Shown: positions 44,649-54,557, numbered from the stretch's first letter. The stretch: 64,000 nucleotides of DNA from IMGVR_UViG_3300046003_007892:124001-188000, one strand, 5' to 3'. The notes: generated by a model not told the origin, from the sequence alone. A program made the numbers and translations.

Positions 44649-45983
44649 ATGATCAGAGAACTCGACTACTGGTATGGCGCGCAGACGAAGCGTTTCCTCG
44701 AACAAATCGTCCGCGCCTTCTCGGGCTATCAATACATGACCGGCTGGCGCAATGGCGACGAGCCCCAGTTGAAGATGGTCCCATGCCGGGTCGATTCTCG
44801 TGATCGCCTCGTCGGTCACATCATGCGCAACAACTCGGAGAACACCCTCCTGGCGGCGCCGATGATCACGGTGTCCCACACCGGCCTGACGATGCGCCGT
44901 GAGGACGTTCAGAACCTGACCCACATCGACACGCTCCAAATTCACGAGCGCGAGGTTGATGAGAACGGCGAGTACACGGGCAGATCGGGGAACCGCTACA
45001 CCGTGGAACGCCTGATGCCCCGGCCATTCAACATGCTGGTCAGCGTCGATATCTGGACCTCAAACCTGGACCAGAAGCATCAACTCCTGGAACAAATCCT
45101 GACCGTGATTGTCCCCACGTTCGAAATTCAGAACTCCGACAATCCGCTGGATTGGACAGCCAAGACGCACGTCGAGGTCGAGGACATCAACTGGTCCTCT
45201 CGTCAAATCCCCATCGGAACTGGCGGAGAGAACGATCTCGAAATCGCGACCATCACCCTGCGGGTTCCGATCTGGCTCTCTCCTCCGGCCAAGATCACCC
45301 AACAGCGTCGCATCGAGAAAATCATCACGAACATTCACGACGACACCATTGAGGGTGACACCGGCTCACCACACGTCGTGACGCCGGGCAACCACCGCAT
45401 CAGTGTCTCGGGCGACACCATTACTCTGCTGGGCTCCAAGGGAGCACTGAAGAATGACGCGAACGAATTCCACTCGTGGGCTGATTTGATCAACGACTAT
45501 TCGAAAGACCTTCGCCCGACCCTGAGCCAACTTCGTCTGAGCAAGAACCTCGTTCTCGAAGACGAAGACGAGATCGTGGGAACGCTTCAGTACGACAACG
45601 CGCACCCGAACAAACTCTTCTGGCAGATCGACCCCGACACCCTACCGTCCAACACCCTCTCGCCGGTTCTGGCGATCATCGACCCACTGCGGAACTGGCC
45701 CGATAACGGCCTGCCGGTTAGTGCCTCCGGTCAACGCTATCTGGTGGTCTCTGCGGTCGGTGCTTCCACTCAAGCTTGGGGCAACCTCGTCGCGTCTGAA
45801 AATGACATCATCCAATACAACAATGGTCAATGGTCGGTCGTGTTCGACGCCAGCGTGGCCATTACTGAGCGGCACTATATGGTAAACCTGAACAGAAGCA
45901 AGCAGTTGAAATGGACGGGAGAGAACTGGGTCGTGGCCATTGACGGTGACTATGCTCCCGGATATTGGCGTCTCGTGCTCTGA
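44649..45983 (+). CDS. Tail completion/sheath stabiliser (T4 gp15-like) with C-terminal extension
   Basis: YWYGAQTKRF...F, VP, MPRPFNM...DIWTSN.DQK.QLLEQIL, WT...EL. Confidence 0.7.
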   Translation: MIRELDYWYGAQTKRFLEQIVRAFSGYQYMTGWRNGDEPQLKMVPCRVDSRDRLVGHIMRNNSENTLLAAPMITVSHTGLTMRREDVQNLTHIDTLQIHEREVDENGEYTGRSGNRYTVERLMPRPFNMLVSVDIWTSNLDQKHQLLEQILTVIVPTFEIQNSDNPLDWTAKTHVEVEDINWSSRQIPIGTGGENDLEIATITLRVPIWLSPPAKITQQRRIEKIITNIHDDTIEGDTGSPHVVTPGNHRISVSGDTITLLGSKGALKNDANEFHSWADLINDYSKDLRPTLSQLRLSKNLVLEDEDEIVGTLQYDNAHPNKLFWQIDPDTLPSNTLSPVLAIIDPLRNWPDNGLPVSASGQRYLVVSAVGASTQAWGNLVASENDIIQYNNGQWSVVFDASVAITERHYMVNLNRSKQLKWTGENWVVAIDGDYAPGYWRLVL

Positions 45984-46055
45984 GTTTGTCAAATAAATGC
46001 TTGACTAGGTTTTTGACTCGTCCTATACATGTTCTCACACCGCTGGAGAACACCG

Positions 46056-46577
46056 ATGACCGACCGCAAATACCTCTCGTGCTCCGAAACCGCGAAGATC
46101 ATTCGGGCCGCCCTCAAGGAGAGCTTCCCCGGCGTCAAGTTCTCGGTTAGGAGCCAGACCTACGCGGGCGGTGCCTCGATCAACATCGGCTACCGGGACG
46201 GCCCTGCCGCCAAGCTCGTCGAAGCCATCACGAGCAAGTTCGAAGCTGCCTCGTTCGACGGCATGCAGGACTTGAAGACCTACAACCGCCACACCTACGA
46301 GGGCCGTGAAGTTTCGTTCGGCGCCGACTACATCTTCGTGCGCCGCGAGACGTCCCATGACGCCCTGGCCGCCGCCAAGGACCGCGCTGACACCCTGCGG
46401 GAAACCGACGTTCAGGCTTACTGCGACGCCGTGAACGGCAACCGCGATCTCGTCTATCGTCACGGTCCCGAGGACGGCGAACTCAACTATCGGGCTTGGG
46501 CCGAGTTCTTCGCTCTCAGCTACCCGGTCAAGCCCAGCCCGACTGCCGACAAGGTCGTCATGGTCCAGAAGGGCTAG
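46056..46577 (+). CDS. LPD29-like domain protein
   Basis: ETAKIIRAALKESFPGVKFSVRS..YAGGASI...FDGMQD...FGADYIFV.R; own TTGACT-N17-TATACA promoter. Confidence 0.75.
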   Translation: MTDRKYLSCSETAKIIRAALKESFPGVKFSVRSQTYAGGASINIGYRDGPAAKLVEAITSKFEAASFDGMQDLKTYNRHTYEGREVSFGADYIFVRRETSHDALAAAKDRADTLRETDVQAYCDAVNGNRDLVYRHGPEDGELNYRAWAEFFALSYPVKPSPTADKVVMVQKG

Positions 46578-46855
46578 TAGAAGAGCGGCTCTCCCCGATG
46601 CGGGTGAGCCGGTTCTTCGCGAGGCGAGGACGGCGTTGTCCGCACATAGGCGGCTGGTGGCTCCGCGTAGGTTCCTTGTGGGGGAACGCTCATGACTGCT
46701 TGCGCGGGCGGGGCCACGACCACAATCCTGACCTCCGGGTCAACGACGGTCGGCATCCGACGATCAGGCTCGGGAGGCCTGATGTCCTTGGCGAGCCAAA
46801 GGCCAGCCAGCACGGCAGAGCCCACGAGACCGATCACAAACATGACTTTCCGCAT
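46574..46855 (-). CDS. Hypothetical protein, N-terminal TM, Pro-rich
   Basis: GGAGG SD. Confidence 0.55.
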   Translation of the reverse strand: MRKVMFVIGLVGSAVLAGLWLAKDIRPPEPDRRMPTVVDPEVRIVVVAPPAQAVMSVPPQGTYAEPPAAYVRTTPSSPREEPAHPHRGEPLFY

Positions 46856-47017
46856 ACTGTCCTCCTGACGAGCCAACGGAAATCTCATTGGTCCGTTCCG
46901 CGTCAATAGCCTGGGATTGTGGAAATAACCAGAAGATTTCGTGGTGCGAAAAAACCGTTGCACGTCTGGCTAGTATATGGGATAGAGGTAATCTCGCTTT
47001 CCCCTTGAGGACTTACC

Positions 47018-47452
47018 ATGCCTGTTCAGAGCCGCGACGAACGCATCGACGCCGACCCAACCATCGAAACCATCGAGAAAAAGATCAAGGGCAAGGTCGT
47101 CTACGTCGCCGACAAAGCCAAGGGGGATTTCCTCGCCAAGGCGGTGCTGGTTTCGCGTGGCGCGGACACCAACATGATCGTCCACCTGGAATGGAAGGGC
47201 AAGGACGGCGGCCTTCGGCGCGACACGGCCCCCTACGCCAACATCCGAACGCTCGACGAGGTCGCCTCGGCCCTGAAGTCGGCGGCCACGGACGCGGTCT
47301 CGCGTGAGAACGTCGAGCGCACCGTCACCGACCTTTACGCCAAGGCCAAGACGCTGGTCCCGGACACCCGCCTTCTGCGCGGCACCGCGATGGCGGCCTT
47401 CGGCATCTTCATGGAGCGGGTCAACCGCCGCAAGGGCGACGACACGAAATGA
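47018..47452 (+). CDS. Hypothetical protein
   Basis: GAGG SD, strong codon bias. Confidence 0.7.
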   Translation: MPVQSRDERIDADPTIETIEKKIKGKVVYVADKAKGDFLAKAVLVSRGADTNMIVHLEWKGKDGGLRRDTAPYANIRTLDEVASALKSAATDAVSRENVERTVTDLYAKAKTLVPDTRLLRGTAMAAFGIFMERVNRRKGDDTK

Positions 47453-47892
47453 TCGAGTATCCGGCCTCATTCTATTGTGCGGTCGGAGAAGGTCATATCC
47501 GGGACCGCAGGCAAGACGGCGAATGGCGGTGGTTCACCATCGACGACCAACACGGTCTGGCCATTCCCCTGATTGCTCTGCGGGCCAACGAAGTCGATGC
47601 GAGCGGCGATCTCTCATACACGGGTCGCTTCGCCAATCTGGTTGAGGATGATCTCGGTCTCGCCGTTGTGGTCATGATCGATTTCTCCCTCAAGCACCAT
47701 CAGGCGTTTCTGAACGACATTTTTCGTTTCGTCGTTGAATCCGGTTCCCCTTGGACGATGCGGGTGGCCCGCCAACTTGAGGTGGCCCCCGTGCAGATGA
47801 TCATCGGGACGGCATGCTTCCGCACCTATGCGGCCATGTTCGAGCAGTGGCCGAAGGACGTCCTCGACGCAACCGACCCCGCCTACCGATAG
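47449..47892 (+). CDS. Hypothetical protein
   Basis: ATGA coupling. Confidence 0.65.
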   Translation: MIEYPASFYCAVGEGHIRDRRQDGEWRWFTIDDQHGLAIPLIALRANEVDASGDLSYTGRFANLVEDDLGLAVVVMIDFSLKHHQAFLNDIFRFVVESGSPWTMRVARQLEVAPVQMIIGTACFRTYAAMFEQWPKDVLDATDPAYR

Positions 47893-47899
47893 GGCCATC

Positions 47900-48808
47900 A
47901 TGTATTCGAAAATCAGAGACCTCCATAACGTAGCCGACGCGGTGTCTGATCGCACGGCACCGGACTCCGTCGTCAACCAAGAGATCGATTCGGCTTGCCG
48001 GGACGTGCCCGGATATCGGTCTCTCGACTATGCGGGTTCCTCGGAAAATGCTCTGGTTCTTGTTTCCCTCCTGGCCGGGACCCGCGTTCGTGTCCTGATC
48101 GATTCGGACCCAGACCGCAGCCCCGAATGGCGATGCCTCATCCGTCTTTCAGGAGAGGATGGGACCTCGGCCCAAGGGTTGACCCATCACAGCATGGCGC
48201 GCGCTATTCTGCGTGCTCTGTTCGCCCACATAGCGAACCAGTGCAGTCATACCTGGACACCAGCCATGGCCAGCTATGGCATGTATTGTGGCACCTGTGG
48301 GGTGTTCTCGACGGCGGTGTTCGACGGCGATGACCCGGTCGAGAAGGTCGTGAACCAAAAATCCATCATCGACGTCATTGATACCCCCGAGGCCCCCAAG
48401 GGAAGTCAACGATTTCGGGGTGAACTCGGTGAGCTTTATCATTGGGCTTCTCAGCACATCGACCGCACACCCAAGCTCCCGTGCGCCGTCACCGATATGA
48501 CCCCGAGGGAGTTCAAGATTTTCGAGGTCACCGCCTACGCGTGCGGGTTCGGCCTGTTCATCCGCGATCTTCTTCACGCCCGCCTTGTGCGCGAGCAGTC
48601 TGAATCCGTGACCGACGCTCTCAATGCGGCGGCAGAGGCTATCGGGACCTGGGTGTGCACCTACGCCTCTGACATGTGCTCAGAGGAAGACGTTGTCGAA
48701 GCCCAGAATCGCATCGCCGAAGGCGGCGGCACGCTCGCCTATACGGCCGAGGTGGGGCGCCGCATCCAGAACGCCATTGATGACATCAAAGGGCGGAAGG
48801 ATGTCTGA
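47900..48808 (+). CDS. Hypothetical protein
   Basis: 302-aa ORF. Confidence 0.65.
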   Translation: MYSKIRDLHNVADAVSDRTAPDSVVNQEIDSACRDVPGYRSLDYAGSSENALVLVSLLAGTRVRVLIDSDPDRSPEWRCLIRLSGEDGTSAQGLTHHSMARAILRALFAHIANQCSHTWTPAMASYGMYCGTCGVFSTAVFDGDDPVEKVVNQKSIIDVIDTPEAPKGSQRFRGELGELYHWASQHIDRTPKLPCAVTDMTPREFKIFEVTAYACGFGLFIRDLLHARLVREQSESVTDALNAAAEAIGTWVCTYASDMCSEEDVVEAQNRIAEGGGTLAYTAEVGRRIQNAIDDIKGRKDV

Positions 48809-49562
48809 CGCCGAACTCCTCCTTGACCCCAAACACAGAGGCGAAGTCTCGCGGGTGCTCCGCAGTGCCTTGGAGATCAAGGACCGTGACCGCCACATCA
48901 TGGCGGTCTACCAGAAAGCCTTGGAGGCTATCGAGCACCATGGCACCAACACACAGTCGGCCTTCGTTGGTCACGTCCGTGGCGTCGTCCGCTACGCCTT
49001 GGGCGAAGTCCAGCGTCTCAAGAAAGAAAACACCACCGCCGACCATGAGATCGCCGTCAATCCCAAGATCGCCGCCATCGTCGAAGAGTGCTGGCGGTAT
49101 TGGGAACAGGTCAAGGGGAACTGCGGCGACGACATCAACATCGAAAACCAGGAGTTCAACGTCGGGCTCATCTCGTCTTGGGTTCGGGCCACGCATTCTC
49201 TGTCGAAGGCTCCCGGCGAATACATGATCTACGAGAAAGACCTGGACGCTGACTTGATCTTCGACGAAGCCGCTGTCGCCTATCTCCTCGCCCAGCAAGG
49301 GACCACGACATTCAAGACCGATGCGGCCACTTACGTGGACATGTCGGGAATCACGACAGCCATGACCGAGATGGTCAAAATCCTTCTGTCGATCTCCCGC
49401 GTCCGCATCATTCTCATGAACCGTACCATGAAGGAGTTCGCCCGCGAGGCCGAGCACACCGAGCACAAACTCCGGCAGGAGAACATGCTCCTCAGGGCAG
49501 AGCGGGACCAACTCAAGAAGCGGCTCGACAAATATGAGCCGGACATTAAGTCAACGATGTAG
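48801..49562 (+). CDS. Hypothetical coiled-coil protein
   Basis: GGAAGG SD; C-terminal heptads. Confidence 0.7.
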   Translation: MSDAELLLDPKHRGEVSRVLRSALEIKDRDRHIMAVYQKALEAIEHHGTNTQSAFVGHVRGVVRYALGEVQRLKKENTTADHEIAVNPKIAAIVEECWRYWEQVKGNCGDDINIENQEFNVGLISSWVRATHSLSKAPGEYMIYEKDLDADLIFDEAAVAYLLAQQGTTTFKTDAATYVDMSGITTAMTEMVKILLSISRVRIILMNRTMKEFAREAEHTEHKLRQENMLLRAERDQLKKRLDKYEPDIKSTM

Positions 49563-49640
49563 CCCTAAATAATCTCAAGCCGGTTGACGAGCGACCCGCG
49601 CGCAGTTACCATTTTTTGGTAGCCCGAGATTGGTTTGAAA

Positions 49641-49844
49641 ATGATCGATTGTCTGCATCGTCCCGCGCCCTTCCACCGCATCCTCGTGGACGGCGTCATA
49701 GGCGTCATCCACAAGATCACCCATGGCCCAAAAAACACTAGACTTATCGTAGTGGTTGTGGGTAAAACAGAGCTTACAATTCCCTTCGCGGCCCTTGCTT
49801 GGGACGCGACGAATGCGCTCTGGAGACCTTTGTGCACGATCTGA
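49641..49844 (+). CDS. Possible small hypothetical protein
   Basis: Follows TTGACG-N17-TACCAT; overlaps the serS start. Confidence 0.35.
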   Translation: MIDCLHRPAPFHRILVDGVIGVIHKITHGPKNTRLIVVVVGKTELTIPFAALAWDATNALWRPLCTI

Positions 49845-51151
49845 AAGCAATCACGTCTGACCCCGAAGCATTCATCACCCGGTCGTTGGGTCGAGTGGAT
49901 GCCCAAAGGGTCAAGCAGATTGCCGAACTTCATAGTGGCGCCAAGACTCATCTTCGCATCGTCGAAGAGGCCGCAGCAAACATAAAGCATCTGAGCCGTC
50001 AGATTGGCCCTCTGATGCGAGACCCCGTCGCCAACGCAGAGCAGATCGCGGAACTCAAGTCCCAGGTCGCCGGGTTCAAGGACGCCGAGGTGCGCTCGGC
50101 CGCCCATCACGAAAAGCTCGAAGAAGCGGCACAGGCCGCTGCTCTGGCACTCCCCAACCTGCCCGCGCCAGACGTCCCATTCGGCGTTGGTGAGGAAGAC
50201 AACGTCCAGACCGCAATCTGGGGCGATCTACCCGTGATCGCCAACCCGCTCGATCACGTCGCCATCGGCGAGCGTCTCGGGATGGATTTCGAACAGACGG
50301 TCAAGATGTCGGGCTCGCGCTATGTCACCCTGCGGGGCTCTCTGGCCCGACTGGAACGCGTGCTCGGGCAGTTCATGCTAGACACCCACGTCGCCAACGG
50401 TTGGGAAGAGGTCACGCCACCCCACATCGTCAAGCCCGACGCCATGTTGGGCACGGGTCAGCTTCCCAAGTTTGGCCACGACATGTTCCATACCGGAGAG
50501 ACTGATCTCTGGACCGAGGACACCCGTTTCCTTATCCCGACCGCCGAGGTCTCCCTGACCAATCTGGTCCGCGAAACCCTGATGGACGCGGAACCCCAGC
50601 ACCGCATGGTTGCCCTGACGCCCTGCTACCGCCGCGAAGCTGGTTCGTCGGGTCGTGACACCAAGGGGATGATTCGCCTCCACCAGTTCAACAAGGTCGA
50701 GTTGGTTTCGGTCGTCGCCGCCGAGCATTCGGAAGCCGAACATATCCACATGCTGGAAGCCGCCGAAGGCATCCTGCGTCTGCTCGGCCTGCCGTTCCGC
50801 CGCATTCTCCTGTGCAGCGGTGACATGGGCTTCTCGGCTCGCAAGACGTTCGATCTCGAAGTTTGGGTCCCGAGCCAGGACACCTATCGGGAGATTTCGT
50901 CGATTTCGAACTGCGGTGACTTCCAAGCTCGCCGCATGGATGCTCGCTGCCGTCGCGGGAGCCGGTCGGACCCGCACCGCAAGGGAACTGACTTCGTCCA
51001 TACCCTCAACGGGTCTGGCGTCGCTGTTGGCCGCGCCCTCGTGGCCATTCTGGAAAACTATCAGGAGCCGGACGGCAACGTCCGCATCCCTGGCGTCCTG
51101 CAAGATCGTCTCGGTGGTGCCGAACTCCTCACCCCGGAAGGTTTCAAATGA
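49832..51151 (+). CDS. serS: Seryl-tRNA synthetase
   Basis: GTG-HDLKAI start with GGAG SD; LIPTAEV, CYRREAGS.GRDT.GMIR.HQF.KVE, EISSISNC.DFQARR, HTLNGSG.AVGR. Confidence 0.98.
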   Translation: MHDLKAITSDPEAFITRSLGRVDAQRVKQIAELHSGAKTHLRIVEEAAANIKHLSRQIGPLMRDPVANAEQIAELKSQVAGFKDAEVRSAAHHEKLEEAAQAAALALPNLPAPDVPFGVGEEDNVQTAIWGDLPVIANPLDHVAIGERLGMDFEQTVKMSGSRYVTLRGSLARLERVLGQFMLDTHVANGWEEVTPPHIVKPDAMLGTGQLPKFGHDMFHTGETDLWTEDTRFLIPTAEVSLTNLVRETLMDAEPQHRMVALTPCYRREAGSSGRDTKGMIRLHQFNKVELVSVVAAEHSEAEHIHMLEAAEGILRLLGLPFRRILLCSGDMGFSARKTFDLEVWVPSQDTYREISSISNCGDFQARRMDARCRRGSRSDPHRKGTDFVHTLNGSGVAVGRALVAILENYQEPDGNVRIPGVLQDRLGGAELLTPEGFK

Positions 51152-51312
51152 GTGAAGACGAAACGCTGACCGAGGACGTCAAGCGCGCATATCAGATTTC
51201 TCGTAATTCCACTGGTTTCTCTGGCGATGCCTTGGCGTCAGTGGTGGCTGGTGTTTTGACCGTCATGGCGATCAACCGTCTCACACAGGCGATTCAAGAC
51301 CGTGAGGAATAG
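51148..51312 (+). CDS. Small hypothetical protein
   Basis: ATGA coupling to serS. Confidence 0.5.
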   Translation: MSEDETLTEDVKRAYQISRNSTGFSGDALASVVAGVLTVMAINRLTQAIQDREE

Positions 51313-51547
51313 CGTCCCGCACGACAAGCTCTCGCCGGGCTTCTGGTATATCCATATCGACGTCAAACCCTTTTATTCTATCGTGGAAATCACGCGAGAT
51401 ATCACCGGGTTCACCAACACCGGAGAGATCATCTTCGGTGATTTGGTCGTGTGGTCCATGGACCATGAAGGCAATCACGAACTCGGGGCCTACTGCCCTG
51501 ACCAGTTCATCGGTCTCGTTCCCGCCCCTCTGCAAGCAATGCCATGA
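51302..51547 (+). CDS. Hypothetical protein
   Basis: Overlap-coupled. Confidence 0.55.
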   Translation: MRNSVPHDKLSPGFWYIHIDVKPFYSIVEITRDITGFTNTGEIIFGDLVVWSMDHEGNHELGAYCPDQFIGLVPAPLQAMP

Positions 51548-51717
51548 GAAACATTCTCGAATACCCCATCACCGACGAGGAAATGCTCAACGCCATCGAC
51601 CGTGCAATTTCGGAGGTCGATTTCAGCACGCTCGCCATGGGGGACATGCATTTGGCTTCCCTTCACGCCGCGCGCGCCCGCCTTCTCGCGACCTTTGAAG
51701 TTCCTCCTTCAATTTAG
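51544..51717 (+). CDS. Small hypothetical protein
   Basis: ATGA coupling; YPITDEEML. Confidence 0.5.
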   Translation: MRNILEYPITDEEMLNAIDRAISEVDFSTLAMGDMHLASLHAARARLLATFEVPPSI

Positions 51718-51751
51718 TTGACGAAAAAATGAAAGACGGTAGTTTGTCAGG

Positions 51752-53548
51752 ATGGATTTCCTGCCCTCTGCCGCTCTTCGCTCCTGGCCGCATCGCCAAG
51801 CCATCGACGTTCTGCGTCACGTCGTAAAGACGCGCCTGCCGAGTGCTGCTCTGAAGGACGCTATGGCCCTGCTGTCGCAGGGTCGGGTCGAGGAACTCAT
51901 CACTGCGTTCCCGGCACTGTCCGGGCGTCAGGTCACCTTCCAGACCGGCTACGGCCCTTCGGGTGCCCCGCACATCGGCACCTTCGCTGAAGTCGTGCGG
52001 ACCTCGTGGGTCCAGCACGCTTTCCGGCACCTGACTGGAGACCGCATCAAGACTGCCCTCTACGTCGTCAGCGATGACTTCGATGGTTTCCGCAAGGTTC
52101 CCGATGGTCTCCCGGCGTGGATGGAAGAGGATTTCGGAAAGCCCCTGACGAGCGTTCGGGACCCCGATGACATCTATGAGAGCTTCGGCGCCGCGAACAA
52201 CGCCAAGCTCCGTGCGTTCCTGGCCAACCTCGGCATCGAACATTTCTTCGTCTCGGCGACGCGGGCGTATGACTCCGGCGTTTTCAACGACGAACTCCTC
52301 AACGTCTTCGATCATCACGACGCCATCCTGGACATCATTCTCCCGACGCTTGGCGAAGAGCGGCGCGCGACTTACTGCGCCTTCATGCCCCTCTCGCAGG
52401 AGGGGCGTCTGCTCCAGACCGGAACCCGTCTATCGCAAAACCATCGCGGCTTGCTCCTCTACGATGACCGGTTCGGCTGCCAGACCGGCAACGTGGTCAC
52501 GGATGGCAACGCCAAGCTTCAATGGAAGGTCGATTGGGCCATGCGTTGGGCTGCGCTCGGCACCGACTACGAAATGTCGGGAAAGGACTTGATCGAGTCG
52601 GTCAAGATCGGCAACCAGATCGTGCGCGTTCTGGGCAGCCAACCGCCCGTGCAGATGACCTACGAGATGTTCCTCGACGAGAATGGCGAGAAGATCAGCA
52701 AGTCGCGGGGCAACGGCCTCTCGGTTGAGCAATGGCTCCGCTATGGCTCGCGCGAGGGTCTGTCCTACTTCATGTTCGGCAACCCCACGGCGGCGAAGAA
52801 GCTCCACGTTGGCGTCATCCCACGCGCCGAGGACGACTATCTCGAAGACCTGGAAGCAGTCACGCCGGATTCGCCGTCGTGGCATATCCACCGAGCCGCC
52901 CCGCCCGCGCCGCTCACCACCGAAACCTCCTACGCGATGTTGGTCAACATGGCGTCGGTTTCGCGCGCCCCGGACCCCGGCATCCTCCTCCAGTATCTGA
53001 GCCAGAATCGTCCCATCGCCGAGGAAGAGATCGCCCGCGTCCATGCCCTGGCGCAGACGGTGGTCAACTACTGTGCTGGTGAGGTCTATCCGCACATGAA
53101 GCCCCGCGTGGCGACCAAGATGGAGAAGGTTGCCCTCTACGAATTCGCCTATGAACTCGAACAGATGGCCGATGGCCTCACGGCTGAGGAATACCAGACG
53201 GTCGTCTACGAGGTAGGCAAGACGCGGGGCTATGCGGACGACCTCCGTGCATGGTTCCGGGTCATCTATGAGACCGTCTTCGGTTCCGAAGAGGGCCCGC
53301 GCATCGGAGCGTTCATCTGTGCCATCGGCCGCCTGAACGCCATCTCGCTTTTCAACGGCGTGCCGATGGCTCGCGACCCCTTCATTGGTCGCAACCCCAC
53401 CGAGGTGCGCGCGTGGGAGATCGCCCGCGAGGCGCACGGCCCAGATATCCCGAGCCCGCACGAAGGCATGCCGCCCTCGGTGTGGTGCGCATTCGTGGCT
53501 GCCGCCGAGAAGGAACTCGGGCTGAGCAAGGAAATCGGAAATGCTTGA
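51752..53548 (+). CDS. lysS: Class I lysyl-tRNA synthetase with C-terminal extension
   Basis: TGYGPSGAPHIGT, SDDFDGFRKVP, KLQWKVDWAMRW, GKDL, KISKSRGNG, GPRIGAF. Confidence 0.97.
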   Translation: MDFLPSAALRSWPHRQAIDVLRHVVKTRLPSAALKDAMALLSQGRVEELITAFPALSGRQVTFQTGYGPSGAPHIGTFAEVVRTSWVQHAFRHLTGDRIKTALYVVSDDFDGFRKVPDGLPAWMEEDFGKPLTSVRDPDDIYESFGAANNAKLRAFLANLGIEHFFVSATRAYDSGVFNDELLNVFDHHDAILDIILPTLGEERRATYCAFMPLSQEGRLLQTGTRLSQNHRGLLLYDDRFGCQTGNVVTDGNAKLQWKVDWAMRWAALGTDYEMSGKDLIESVKIGNQIVRVLGSQPPVQMTYEMFLDENGEKISKSRGNGLSVEQWLRYGSREGLSYFMFGNPTAAKKLHVGVIPRAEDDYLEDLEAVTPDSPSWHIHRAAPPAPLTTETSYAMLVNMASVSRAPDPGILLQYLSQNRPIAEEEIARVHALAQTVVNYCAGEVYPHMKPRVATKMEKVALYEFAYELEQMADGLTAEEYQTVVYEVGKTRGYADDLRAWFRVIYETVFGSEEGPRIGAFICAIGRLNAISLFNGVPMARDPFIGRNPTEVRAWEIAREAHGPDIPSPHEGMPPSVWCAFVAAAEKELGLSKEIGNA

Positions 53549-53855
53549 GTCGTCTGGAAGAATCACCCGCGATGCCCTGCGGTCCATGTGCGAGAACTTC
53601 ATCCATCGGGCAGAAGCCGAGGCCGACGAGACGCGTGAACGTCTCCTGGCCCGCGAGGGCGAGCGACGCCATGGCTGGTTCACGTCAACCGAAAAGCTCC
53701 TGACTGCGCGCAAGCACGAAATCGACGACGCGGTGGCGACGGTCCATGGTCCCCGGTTGGACCGCGCCCGCACGCTCCTCAATTTGGCCAACCACGACGA
53801 ACTCACTGATCTCCGCATCAGTGCAAACGATCTCGCATTCCTCGAAGGTGCCTAG
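53541..53855 (+). CDS. Hypothetical protein
   Basis: Overlap-coupled. Confidence 0.6.
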   Translation: MLESSGRITRDALRSMCENFIHRAEAEADETRERLLAREGERRHGWFTSTEKLLTARKHEIDDAVATVHGPRLDRARTLLNLANHDELTDLRISANDLAFLEGA

Positions 53856-53857
53856 GG

Positions 53858-54082
53858 ATGTTCGCGTTCACTGGTCGCATCGAAACCCATCTCGACGATG
53901 GTGGCCAAGCCCGCATCGCGGAAGACCTGTCCTGCGTGAGCATCGATCATCCAGAAATCTTTGTCCGATTGCAAAGCTGGCATGACGCGGACGACTGGGG
54001 CGACAAGGGCCCCCGCCACCCGGCCATGGACGAACTCGAAGGCCGTAAGGTGATGATCACCATTGAGATTTTGCCCGAATGA
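53858..54082 (+). CDS. Hypothetical protein
   Basis: FVRLQSW...H...ELEGRKVMITIE. Confidence 0.6.
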   Translation: MFAFTGRIETHLDDGGQARIAEDLSCVSIDHPEIFVRLQSWHDADDWGDKGPRHPAMDELEGRKVMITIEILPE

Positions 54083-54345
54083 AAAAGATCACGCTCGAAC
54101 TCGACCTCGATATCCCGGACGAGCTTATGGCTCTGACGAGTGACGCCCTCCTTCTTGCTGCCGCCTCCAACGTAGTTGGCTTCGCCATAAAGGGTCACCT
54201 CCTCACGGTCATATCCAACCTCGGAATCAAAGGACTGCCCGCAGAATCCCAAGCCATTCTGGATAGGAGCAACCTGTCCCACAATGGCTGGGCGGAAGTC
54301 CTCTCTGCCTGCACGGAAGACGCCATTCGAGTGAGGCCGAGATGA
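54079..54345 (+). CDS. Hypothetical protein
   Basis: ATGA coupling. Confidence 0.55.
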   Translation: MKKITLELDLDIPDELMALTSDALLLAAASNVVGFAIKGHLLTVISNLGIKGLPAESQAILDRSNLSHNGWAEVLSACTEDAIRVRPR

Positions 54346-54557
54346 AAAAAGTTCGCCTGAAATCTTTTCCGAAAAAGAACTCTCGCCGAGAGCAAAACCG
54401 GATTGCCCGGCTGATGGCGAGTGAGATTTTCGATGATGGTGGTTCGCCCGCTCGGCCGGTCGCTCCCGGTCAGACGCGCCAGGACTACGTGGAGAAGAAC
54501 TGGCGCGTCCACGAAGATCGCGCCCGCTCCGCCGTGACGCTGAACAAGAGATACTGA
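54342..54557 (+). CDS. Small basic hypothetical protein
   Basis: ATGA coupling. Confidence 0.55.
   Translation: MKKVRLKSFPKKNSRREQNRIARLMASEIFDDGGSPARPVAPGQTRQDYVEKNWRVHEDRARSAVTLNKRY

Noticed and set aside
49572-49831. T-box or riboswitch leader for serS
   Set aside because: The hairpins are explained by a sigma70 promoter and a possible small ORF; no T-box AAGGTGG..CC motif or specifier loop.
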